Positions 36,736 through 44,117 of a stretch of 53,132 nt of DNA are shown in pieces. The stretch is from a bacterium. Lineage in GTDB: Bacteria; Patescibacteriota; Minisyncoccia; Phycocordibacterales; UBA9973. A model generated the notes under the pieces. The model was not told the DNA's origin and ran no database searches. It saw only the letters and a list, made by a program, of their open reading frames with translations. The stretch's first letter is position 1, and every line of letters starts with the position of its first letter. The stretch covers positions 1 to 53,132 of the forward strand of contig JBAXPX010000002.1 in NCBI GenBank assembly GCA_037132055.1, read 5' to 3'. The position numbers were made by a program, and so were the translations under genes.

Positions 36736-38016
36736 ATGTCGAGAAATTTACTTCAGGATATAAAAAAAGTAAACAAAATAAAGAAGGACACAACTCCTAG
36801 GAAAATTTATATTCCTTCTGACATTCCTAAAATTGTTAATACAAATACAAACAACAAATATTCTTTAGAAGAAAACAAGACAGATGGAAATCATTACAAA
36901 CTTTGGATTGTGGCATTGGTTTCTGTAATTTTTCTTTTCTTTGCTCTGTCCTTTTTATTTTCCAAGGCGACTATTACGGTTAATCCAAAAATAAAAACAA
37001 TATCTCTAAACGAAGATTTGTCTGCTGTTAAAAATTCAAATACTGACAAGTTGCCTTTTGATCTTATGGTCATTTCAGATCAAGAAACAAAAACAATATT
37101 GGGCGGAGAAGAAAAAGATTTAAAAGAAAACGCGAACGGTAAAGTTGTACTTTATAATAATTTTAGTTCTTCACCACAACCACTTCTGATAGACACACGA
37201 CTGGAAGGGTCAAATGGGAAAATTTATAAAACAAAAACAAAAATTGTAATTCCTGGGATAAATAAAGACGGGGTTCCTGGTAAAGTTAGTGTAGATATAT
37301 ATGCTTTAGATCCGGGGATTGAATACAATAGTCCACCCATTGATTTTAAAATATTTGGTTTTAAGGGATCACCCAAATACTCAAAATTTTATGGCAGGTC
37401 TGTTGGAGAAATAACTGGTGGGTTTGTTGGTAAATCTAAACAGATTAGTGATAACCAAAAACAAAATACAGAAAAAGAATTAGAAAATAATTTGAAAACG
37501 AAACTCTTTGGCAAAGCAGCGAGTCAGATTCCGGAAGGGTTCATACTCTTTAAAGATGCTACCTTTCTAAATGTAGACGATACTAGTGCTAGTCCAGTGT
37601 CAGCTGATGGTTCTATCACTTTGACTGTCAAAGGTACGCTTTACGGGTTTGTTTTTAATGAAAAAAAATTAACAGACAAAATTGTTAAATATCTTATCCC
37701 AGACTACGATGGGAGTGAAGTATATATATCAAATATTAAAGATTTAACCTTTGAACTTTCCAACAAGGAGAGCATGGCGTTTGCTAGTGTTACAGATATA
37801 AATTTCAATATTTATGGTGTACCAAAAATTGTATATAAACTTGATGGAACCAAGTTGGCCACAAGTCTAGCTGGGAAAAGCAAAAAGGATTTTAATCAGA
37901 TACTATCTCAGTATCCAAACATAGACTCTGCTTCATCAGTTATCAGACCCGTATGGAAATCATCTTTTCCAGACAAGAGTAATAAGATAAAAATCACTAT
38001 AAATTACCCCAAATAA
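36736..38016 (+). CDS. Hypothetical bitopic membrane protein with a large extracytoplasmic domain
   Basis: About 55-aa basic cytoplasmic N-terminus (MSRNLLQDIKK...), one TM (LWIVALVSVIFLFFALSFLF), and an external domain of about 350 aa. Confidence 0.4.
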   Translation: MSRNLLQDIKKVNKIKKDTTPRKIYIPSDIPKIVNTNTNNKYSLEENKTDGNHYKLWIVALVSVIFLFFALSFLFSKATITVNPKIKTISLNEDLSAVKNSNTDKLPFDLMVISDQETKTILGGEEKDLKENANGKVVLYNNFSSSPQPLLIDTRLEGSNGKIYKTKTKIVIPGINKDGVPGKVSVDIYALDPGIEYNSPPIDFKIFGFKGSPKYSKFYGRSVGEITGGFVGKSKQISDNQKQNTEKELENNLKTKLFGKAASQIPEGFILFKDATFLNVDDTSASPVSADGSITLTVKGTLYGFVFNEKKLTDKIVKYLIPDYDGSEVYISNIKDLTFELSNKESMAFASVTDINFNIYGVPKIVYKLDGTKLATSLAGKSKKDFNQILSQYPNIDSASSVIRPVWKSSFPDKSNKIKITINYPK

Positions 38017-38079
38017 AGTTGTTCAGAAAAGATATCAAAGATAAGAATAGGCATATAAACGATTATTAACAATAAAGTA

Positions 38080-38108
38080 TTGACCTGTGTGGTTAATTTT
38101 GTTAGAAT
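38080..38108 (+). promoter_or_regulatory. Sigma-70-like promoter (TTGACC-17 nt-TAGAAT) ahead of infA
   Basis: -35 at 38080-38085 and -10 at 38103-38108, with the ATG at 38121. Confidence 0.5.
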
Positions 38109-38120
38109 TACAAAACCTAA

Positions 38121-38342
38121 ATGAGTGATTCAAAAGAAGAAAAAATATTGACAGCGCATGGCTTTATTACTGAAGCGTTGCCTAGTACTTTGTTCAGAGT
38201 AAAATTAGAAGACGATAAAGAAATTCTAGCATATCTTTCTGGTAAAATGAGGATGCACAGAATTAAAGTCTTAATCGGAGATTCTGTTGAAGTCGTCTTA
38301 GATTCATATGGTGGAAAGGGTAGAATTGTGAAAAGGTTGTAA
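38121..38342 (+). CDS. infA: Translation initiation factor IF-1
   Basis: 73 aa S1-like OB fold: G.ITEALP...FRVKLEDDKEILAYLSGKMR...IKVL.GD.V.V. Confidence 0.92.
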   Translation: MSDSKEEKILTAHGFITEALPSTLFRVKLEDDKEILAYLSGKMRMHRIKVLIGDSVEVVLDSYGGKGRIVKRL

Positions 38343-38454
38343 TTTTTTTAACAATGGTGTATTATTGTAGTTACAGTTTATAAAAGATTTTAAACATTGA
38401 AAAATAAGGGTTTTCCCTTTGTTTTTGTATTGTTTTGAACAAAATTTGATTTTT

Positions 38455-38565
38455 ATGAAAATAAAAGCATCAGTAAAAAAAATTTGTGACAAGTGTAAAT
38501 TGGTCAAACGCCAGAGGCATTTGAGGGTCATTTGTTCAAATCCAAAGCACAAGCAAAAACAATAA
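38455..38565 (+). CDS. rpmJ: 50S ribosomal protein L36 (not in the ORF track; too short)
   Basis: Hand translation gives [36 protein letters not shown], with the C..C...C....H zinc ribbon and the canonical position between infA and rpsM. Confidence 0.9.
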   Translation: MKIKASVKKICDKCKLVKRQRHLRVICSNPKHKQKQ

Positions 38566-38570
38566 TTTAT

Positions 38571-38951
38571 ATGAGAATTCTTGGAATAACAGTACCAAAT
38601 GAAAAGAGACTTGAAATAGGCCTAACATGTGTATATGGCATAGGGATTTCTTCGGCTCGTAAAATATTAGATAAGGTTGGAATAGAGCGTGGTAAGCATG
38701 CAAAAGATTTAACTCTAGACGAAGAGAATAAAATACGTGCAATTATCGAGAGCATGAATATAGAGGGGAATCTTAAGAGAGAAATTTCTGGAAACATCAA
38801 AAGATTAAAAGATATAAAAGCCTACAGAGGAGTCAGGCATACAAAAAGATTGCCAGTACGAGGACAACGCACAAAAACAAACTCAAGGACAATCAGAGGA
38901 AATGTACGTAGGACTATGGCATCAGGAAAAAGAAAAGAAAGTAAAACATAA
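38571..38951 (+). CDS. rpsM: 30S ribosomal protein S13
   Basis: MRILGITVPNEKRLEIGLTCVYGIG...YRGVRH...LPVRGQRTKTN. ATG at 38571 lies just after the rpmJ stop. The ORF-track start at 38532 overlaps rpmJ. Confidence 0.93.
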   Translation: MRILGITVPNEKRLEIGLTCVYGIGISSARKILDKVGIERGKHAKDLTLDEENKIRAIIESMNIEGNLKREISGNIKRLKDIKAYRGVRHTKRLPVRGQRTKTNSRTIRGNVRRTMASGKRKESKT

Positions 38952-38961
38952 TTAATTTAAA

Positions 38962-39399
38962 ATGGGAAAAACAAAAATTACAAAAGAATCAAGCACTGAT
39001 GTTGCAAAAGAAGGAGATGCAAAAGTAGCTCCATCTAAACTTCCAAAAAAGAAGATAACTTCCGGTATCATACACATCGACGCTACTTTCAATAATACAA
39101 AGGTTTTATTTTCTGACAAGAATGGCAATGCTTTGTTTGCTACGAGTGCTGGAGCTATGGGTTTTAAAGGTGCCAAAAAGGGAACTCCGTTTGCTGCTTC
39201 AAAAGTCGGTGATATTATCGGAGACAAAGCAAGTACCTTAGGAGTAAAAGATGCAGATGTCGTAGTGAGGGGGGTTGGCTCTGGACGTGAGCCAGCGATT
39301 AGAGCTTTTATGGCTTATGGTATTGAAATTACTTCAATAAAAGATGTGACACCTGTGCCACATAACGGTCCGAAACCAAAGAAGCCAAGGAGAGTATAA
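38962..39399 (+). CDS. rpsK: 30S ribosomal protein S11
   Basis: GIIHIDATFNNT...G.KGAKKGTPFAA......V.GVGSGRE.AIRA...GIEITSIKDVTPVPHNG. Confidence 0.93.
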   Translation: MGKTKITKESSTDVAKEGDAKVAPSKLPKKKITSGIIHIDATFNNTKVLFSDKNGNALFATSAGAMGFKGAKKGTPFAASKVGDIIGDKASTLGVKDADVVVRGVGSGREPAIRAFMAYGIEITSIKDVTPVPHNGPKPKKPRRV

Positions 39400-39417
39400 T
39401 TTTTAAAATATAAATAC

Positions 39418-40020
39418 ATGATATCAAAACCAAAATTTAAAATTTGTAAGAGATTGGGTGCAGGAGTTTACGACAAATGTCAGACTACCAAATTTTCCAC
39501 TTCTACTGGAGGTTTCAATCCTAGTGCTCGTCGTCCGAAAGCTCTTTCTGAATATGGTACTCAGCTTAATGAAAAACAAAAAATAAGATTTTCTTATGGC
39601 ATAACAGAAAGACAACTTTCAAACTATGTTAAAAAAGCATCTTTGACAAAGGGTGCTCATACCGCTGAAAAATTTTACGAAGAACTAGAGACTCGTCTCG
39701 ACAACGTAGTCTATCGTATGGGAATGGCAAATAGTCGACGCGGAGCAAGGCAAATGGTTTCCCATGGACACTTTATAGTAAATGATCACAAAGTCACTAT
39801 TCCTTCATATCAAGTCAAAGTAGGAGATATTATAAAAATTCGTGAAGGATCAAAGACAAAGAAGATTTTTGATAATTTAGCTGAAAGATTAAAAGATTAC
39901 AAAGCACCTTCTTGGATTTCATTTGATATTACAAAAATAGAAGGCAAGATTACAGATAAACCTAAAAACATAGAAACATTTCTTGATTTAAATGTAGTCT
40001 TGGAATTTTATAGTCGTTAA
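39418..40020 (+). CDS. rpsD: 30S ribosomal protein S4
   Basis: SEYG.QL.EKQK.RF.YG..ERQ, LE.RLDNVVYR.G.A.SRR.ARQ.VSHGH..VN...V.IPSY. Confidence 0.93.
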   Translation: MISKPKFKICKRLGAGVYDKCQTTKFSTSTGGFNPSARRPKALSEYGTQLNEKQKIRFSYGITERQLSNYVKKASLTKGAHTAEKFYEELETRLDNVVYRMGMANSRRGARQMVSHGHFIVNDHKVTIPSYQVKVGDIIKIREGSKTKKIFDNLAERLKDYKAPSWISFDITKIEGKITDKPKNIETFLDLNVVLEFYSR

Positions 40021-40090
40021 TTTATTAGATTTTTCCTGCCAAAGGGCAGGTGAGTATTATTAAAACTAAAAGTAATTTTTATATAAAAAC

Positions 40091-41068
40091 ATGCCTGAAT
40101 ATAAAATAATTATGCCTTCAAAACCTCGTGTAATTGAGGAAGTTGGCAACAAAGGAGTATTTGAAATAGATGGTTTGTATCCTGGATATGGACACACTCT
40201 AGGAAACAGTCTTAGGAGAATAATTCTTTCTTCTTTACCAGGCGCTAGTATAGTCTCAATAAAAATTGATGGTGTTTCTCATGAATTTGCAACCATGGAT
40301 GGGGTCAAAGAAGATGTCATTGCCATAATATTAAATTTGAAAAAGACTCGTTTTAAAATGATTTCCAATGAACCTCAGGTAGTCACCCTTTCTGTAAAAG
40401 GTCCAAAGCAAGTGACTGCAGCAGATATAAAAACAGGAGGACAGGTTGAAATATTAAATGGGGAGCAATATATCGCAGAAGTTACAGGAAAAGTAAATTT
40501 AAATATTGAAATGAGAATTGAGAAAGGTCTAGGATTTATACCAAAAGAAGTTTTACAAAAAGAAAAAGTAGACATAGGAACTATCGCAGTAGACGCTATC
40601 TTTACTCCAGTTCGCAGGGTTTCTTATGAAGTTGAGAATATGCGTGTTGGTGACAAGACAAATCACAACCGTCTAAGGATGGTGATAGAGACAGATGGTA
40701 CTCTTTCTCCACGTGAAGCTCTTTCAAATTCTATTGAGATAATGATAAACCAATTAAAAGCTATTATCGACTACATAGAACCTGAAGAAGAGGTAGTAGT
40801 TGAGAAAAAATCCACGAAGACTGAGGATAAAAAAGAGGAAGATGAAAAGAAAGAAGATGACTTTACCGATGTTTTAAAAACTCGCACAGACAACCTTGAT
40901 CTTTCAACGAGAACCTTAAACGCTCTTACTGCGGCAAATATCAGGACACTAGGAGGGCTTGCTAGAAAAAAGCGAGAAGACTTGCTCGAGGTTGAAGGTA
41001 TAGGAGAAAAAGGAATTACTGAGATTAAAAAGGTGCTCGGTAAATTTGGTCTTAATTTGAAAGAATAA
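40091..41068 (+). CDS. rpoA: DNA-directed RNA polymerase subunit alpha
   Basis: GYGHTLGNSLRRILLSSLPGA and a C-terminal domain with LDLSTRTLNAL..ANIRTLG.L; acidic linker. Confidence 0.93.
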   Translation: MPEYKIIMPSKPRVIEEVGNKGVFEIDGLYPGYGHTLGNSLRRIILSSLPGASIVSIKIDGVSHEFATMDGVKEDVIAIILNLKKTRFKMISNEPQVVTLSVKGPKQVTAADIKTGGQVEILNGEQYIAEVTGKVNLNIEMRIEKGLGFIPKEVLQKEKVDIGTIAVDAIFTPVRRVSYEVENMRVGDKTNHNRLRMVIETDGTLSPREALSNSIEIMINQLKAIIDYIEPEEEVVVEKKSTKTEDKKEEDEKKEDDFTDVLKTRTDNLDLSTRTLNALTAANIRTLGGLARKKREDLLEVEGIGEKGITEIKKVLGKFGLNLKE

Positions 41069-41078
41069 TTTATAATAT

Positions 41079-41432
41079 ATGCGACATCATAATTCTAAAA
41101 GAAAATTTGGTAGAACGAAAAATCAAAGGAATGCGTTGATCAATTCTTTGGCGCTAAATCTAATAGTACGGGAGAAAATAAAAACGACTGAACCAAAAGC
41201 AAAAGAACTGCGACCTTTCATAGAAAAGATAGTAACTCACGCTAAAAAGAACACTTTAGCAAATAAGAAATTGATAGTTTCTAAACTTTCAAACCGCAAG
41301 AAAGAAGTAAAGAAACTTTTTGATATAATAGCTCCAAAATATATAGACAAGAAAGGCGGATATACTAGAATAATTAAGATGGGAGTAAGAAAATCAGACG
41401 GAGCGAAGATGGCGATTATAGAATTTGTGTAA
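41079..41432 (+). CDS. rplQ: 50S ribosomal protein L17
   Basis: MRHHNSKRKFGR....R.AL...LA..L......I.TT..KAKELRPF.EK..T. Confidence 0.9.
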   Translation: MRHHNSKRKFGRTKNQRNALINSLALNLIVREKIKTTEPKAKELRPFIEKIVTHAKKNTLANKKLIVSKLSNRKKEVKKLFDIIAPKYIDKKGGYTRIIKMGVRKSDGAKMAIIEFV

Positions 41433-41463
41433 TTAAAAGATTTGATTTAATATAAAAAAACAG

Positions 41464-41820
41464 ATGAAAAAGAATGATACAAAAATAATAGATGCAGCCG
41501 GTATTACTCTAGGGAGGGTTGCTTCTGCTGTGGCTATGTCTTTGATGGGTAAGACAAAAACGACTTTCGAGAGGAATGTTTATTCTGGCGTTCCGGTAAA
41601 GGTAATAAATGTATCAAAAATTAGTATAACTACAAAAAAATTGGAAAGTATGACCCACAAGAGATACTCAGGCCACAGAGGAGGTCTTCGTATATTTAAA
41701 GGTACTGAAACTCTTGAAAAAAAGGGAATGGGAGAATTACTAAAACTTGCTGTTTTTCAAATGCTTCCAGGCAATAAGATTAGAAGAGAAATGATGAAAA
41801 ATTTAACTATTGAGAAATAA
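41464..41820 (+). CDS. rplM: 50S ribosomal protein L13 (short, 118 aa)
   Basis: IDA.G..LGR.AS.VA..L.GK....F...V..G..V.VIN..KI..T..K.....Y.R.SG..GG; precedes rpsI as usual. Confidence 0.85.
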   Translation: MKKNDTKIIDAAGITLGRVASAVAMSLMGKTKTTFERNVYSGVPVKVINVSKISITTKKLESMTHKRYSGHRGGLRIFKGTETLEKKGMGELLKLAVFQMLPGNKIRREMMKNLTIEK

Positions 41821-41828
41821 TTAATAAC

Positions 41829-42239
41829 ATGGAACAAAAAACGACAAAAGAAAAATATATTGAGGCTATAGGTAGAAGAAAAACATCGACTGCCAGAGTT
41901 CGTGTTTGGGAAGCGACAAAAACAAGCTTTGTTGTAAATGGAGTAGATGCAAAAGATTATTTTAAAACAGAAGAACAACGCCATTTGATTTTAGATCCTA
42001 TTGCCAAAGGAAAACCCGGATCAAAGTGGAATGTTTTAGCTAAAGTTTCTGGTGGTGGAATACATTCTCAAGCGGAAGCAGTACGTCATGGTCTGACTAG
42101 AGCTATGGTAGAGGGGGATGGTGAGCTTCGCACAAAATTAAAGACATTGGGTTTTCTAAAACGTGATCCTAGAGCAAAAGAAAGAAGAAAATTTGGATTG
42201 AAAAAAGCTCGCAAGGCTCCTCAATGGTCTAAACGTTAA
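41829..42239 (+). CDS. rpsI: 30S ribosomal protein S9
   Basis: GRRKTSTARV......G...VNG........, GGG...QAEAVRHGL.RA.., LKRDPR.KERRK.GLKKARK.PQ.SKR. Confidence 0.92.
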   Translation: MEQKTTKEKYIEAIGRRKTSTARVRVWEATKTSFVVNGVDAKDYFKTEEQRHLILDPIAKGKPGSKWNVLAKVSGGGIHSQAEAVRHGLTRAMVEGDGELRTKLKTLGFLKRDPRAKERRKFGLKKARKAPQWSKR

Positions 42240-42250
42240 TTTTTAATCTA

Positions 42251-42348
42251 CTAAAAATGAAAAACCAAGAATTCTTATACCTTCGTCCTCGAAGTCAAAG
42301 AGACAGGGGACCTGTGATGATTATGATGCTTGGTTTTTCATTTTTTAG
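42251..42348 (+). other. 98-nt long-stem structured element between rpsI and grpE (terminator and/or small repeat element)
   Basis: ctaaaaatgaaaaaccaag (42251-42269) pairs with cttggtttttcattttttag (42329-42348), 19 bp with one bulged T. The 59-nt interior carries two GC mini-hairpins (cttcg-tcct-cgaag; cagg-gga-cctg). Confidence 0.5.
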
Positions 42349-42370
42349 GAATTTATGTTAACATAAAAAT

Positions 42371-42997
42371 ATGAAAAAAGTTGGTGATGAAATAATTAAA
42401 AAAGAAGAAAACGAACATATTGAAAGTACTCCAGCTGATTCGTCTGAATTAGATTCCGAAGTACTTGAGTTCGAATTCAACGAAGACGGAGAAGAAGATC
42501 TTAAAAAAACAATTAAAAAATTAAGATCTGATTTAAAGTTGTGTAAAAAAGAAAAAGATGAATATTTGGCAGGTTGGCAAAAAGAGCGAGCGGATTTTGT
42601 TAATTATAAAAAACAAGAAGAAGCAAGGAAATTAAATTTTTCGGAAAGTTTACGTGAGAGAATTTTGGCCAGATTCCTCACTGTTATAGATAGTTTTAAT
42701 ATGGCATTTTCAAACAAGGAAACTTGGGAGAAGGTAGATGAAAATTGGAGGAAGGGAATAGAATATATTTATGCTCAGATGAATACGATTTTCGAAGAGT
42801 ACGGAGTAAAACCCGTTGGAGAAGTAGGGGAGAGTTTTGATCCAAATATTCATCAGTCTGTAGAAATGGTAGAAACTCTAAAAAAAGAAGAAGATCATAA
42901 AGTCTGTGAGGTTGTTCAAAAAGGGTATAAACTTGGTGAACGTGTTATCCGTGCTGCGCGAGTAAATATTTTTGAATACAAAAACTCTACAGAATAG
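42371..42997 (+). CDS. grpE: Nucleotide exchange factor GrpE
   Basis: Acidic N-terminus, coiled coil, WQKERADFVNYKKQ, FDPN.HQSV, V.QKGYKLGERVIRAA.V. Confidence 0.88.
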   Translation: MKKVGDEIIKKEENEHIESTPADSSELDSEVLEFEFNEDGEEDLKKTIKKLRSDLKLCKKEKDEYLAGWQKERADFVNYKKQEEARKLNFSESLRERILARFLTVIDSFNMAFSNKETWEKVDENWRKGIEYIYAQMNTIFEEYGVKPVGEVGESFDPNIHQSVEMVETLKKEEDHKVCEVVQKGYKLGERVIRAARVNIFEYKNSTE

Positions 42998-43030
42998 TTT
43001 ATAAAAATAAATAGTTTTAAATAACAAAAA

Positions 43031-43055
43031 TTGAGCAAGGCCTTGCCTTGCTCAA
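43031..43055. repeat. REP-like 25-nt palindrome, copy 1 (inverted relative to copies 2 and 3); also serves as the grpE terminator hairpin
   Basis: ttgagcaagg-ccttg-ccttgctcaa followed by ttttt. It is the exact reverse complement of the 25-mer at 43758 and 44002. Confidence 0.8.
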
Positions 43056-43089
43056 TTTTTGTTAAGATAATTTATGTTATGATATAAAT

Positions 43090-43761
43090 ATGTCTATAAG
43101 AAAAATAAATTTTGTAGAGGGGGAATATTATCATATTTATAATCGGGGTAATAGTAAACAAAAAATTTTTAATGACAAAGAAGATTATTTAAGATTTATT
43201 TCTTTACTTTATATTTCTAATTCAAATGAAGGATTTAGATTTTTTAACACATCTAGAAATATGAGTATCTATGAAATAGATAAAGGTAGTCCTTTAGTTA
43301 GTATTGGAGCGTATTGTTTAATGCCAAATCATTTTCATATATTAATAACTCAAAAAAAGAAAAATGGTATCAGTCAATTTATGCAAAAATTAAGTACCGG
43401 ATATTCAATGTACTATAATAAAAAATATGAAAGGACTGGCAGTCTTTTTGAAGGTAAATTCAAATCACAGCATTTAGGTACAGATAAATATTTAAAATAT
43501 TTGTTTTCTTACATTCATTTGAATCCAGTAAAATTAATTCAAAACGACTGGAAGGAGAAGGGGATTAAAAATAAAAAAGATGTTATTGATTATTTAGAGA
43601 AGTATTCTTATTCAAGTTATTTAGATTATTTAAATTTTGAATCAAAAAGGCCAGAGTTCAATATATTGACTCCAAATTTTTTCCCAGAATATTTCCCAAC
43701 AAAAGATAAATTTCAAAAAGAAATCTTTGAATGGCTTTCATATGACATTATGCAAAGTTGA
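43090..43761 (+). CDS. REP-associated tyrosine transposase (RAYT) / IS200-like Y1 HUH transposase
   Basis: YHIYNRGN, YCLMPNHFHILI (HUH = HFH), and catalytic Tyr region YIHLNPV; 223 aa. Confidence 0.85.
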   Translation: MSIRKINFVEGEYYHIYNRGNSKQKIFNDKEDYLRFISLLYISNSNEGFRFFNTSRNMSIYEIDKGSPLVSIGAYCLMPNHFHILITQKKKNGISQFMQKLSTGYSMYYNKKYERTGSLFEGKFKSQHLGTDKYLKYLFSYIHLNPVKLIQNDWKEKGIKNKKDVIDYLEKYSYSSYLDYLNFESKRPEFNILTPNFFPEYFPTKDKFQKEIFEWLSYDIMQS

Positions 43762-43782
43762 GCAAGGCAAGGCCTTGCTCAA
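43758..43782. repeat. REP-like palindrome, copy 2 (overlaps the RAYT stop codon), followed by a degenerate half-copy at 43783-43797
   Basis: ttgagcaagg-caagg-ccttgctcaa. The TGA stop lies at 43759-43761, inside the left arm. Confidence 0.8.
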
Positions 43783-44001
43783 CTTTGCCTTGCTCGAATC
43801 TTGAAGGCCATAGTATAAGGGTAGAGTATTATATACATTGATAAACATTGATATTAAAAATAATATTGTTTAGTAATGTTTTACAGATTCTTTTAAAGAA
43901 AATGCATTTCAAACAAAGTGTTTTTAGAAATTAGTTTCAAAATATAAAAAATGAAAGTAAAAACGGAGGCGATACCTTTGTTTTTTTTCTATGAACAATG
44001 T

Positions 44002-44026
44002 TTGAGCAAGGCAAGGCCTTGCTCAA
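44002..44026. repeat. REP-like palindrome, copy 3 (direct repeat of copy 2)
   Basis: 25-mer identical to 43758-43782, lying 92 nt upstream of the giant ORF's first ATG. Confidence 0.8.
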
Positions 44027-44117
44027 GTAGAGTAAATTAATTTTTTAAGTTATTAACATTTTTTAGTGAAAAAAGTTGAATATATAATGATATAATTTAT
44101 GTAGTAAAAAATATTAA

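Larger units (their letters stand above)
43031..43782 (+). mobile_element. RAYT/IS200-like unit: HUH-Y1 transposase gene bracketed by inverted REP-like hairpins
   Basis: The hairpin ends 35 nt upstream of the ATG. A second, inverted hairpin overlaps the stop codon. Confidence 0.55.

Noticed and set aside
38343-38454. Weak hairpin (aaggg-tttt-ccctt followed by a T-run, about 38408-38430) between infA and rpmJ as an internal terminator or attenuator.
   Set aside because: The stem is only 5 bp, and the genes on both sides belong to one conserved operon. Evidence is insufficient to call it a feature.
42240-42370. CIRCE/HrcA operator upstream of grpE.
   Set aside because: No TTAGCACTC-N9-GAGTGCTAA-like inverted repeat is present. 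The inverted repeat here has a different sequence and much longer spacing.
43031-44026. Possibility that the three 25-nt repeats form a CRISPR array.
   Set aside because: There are only three copies, one of them inverted, with irregular spacing (702 and 219 nt). A transposase gene lies between copies and no cas genes are present. The pattern fits REP/RAYT instead.
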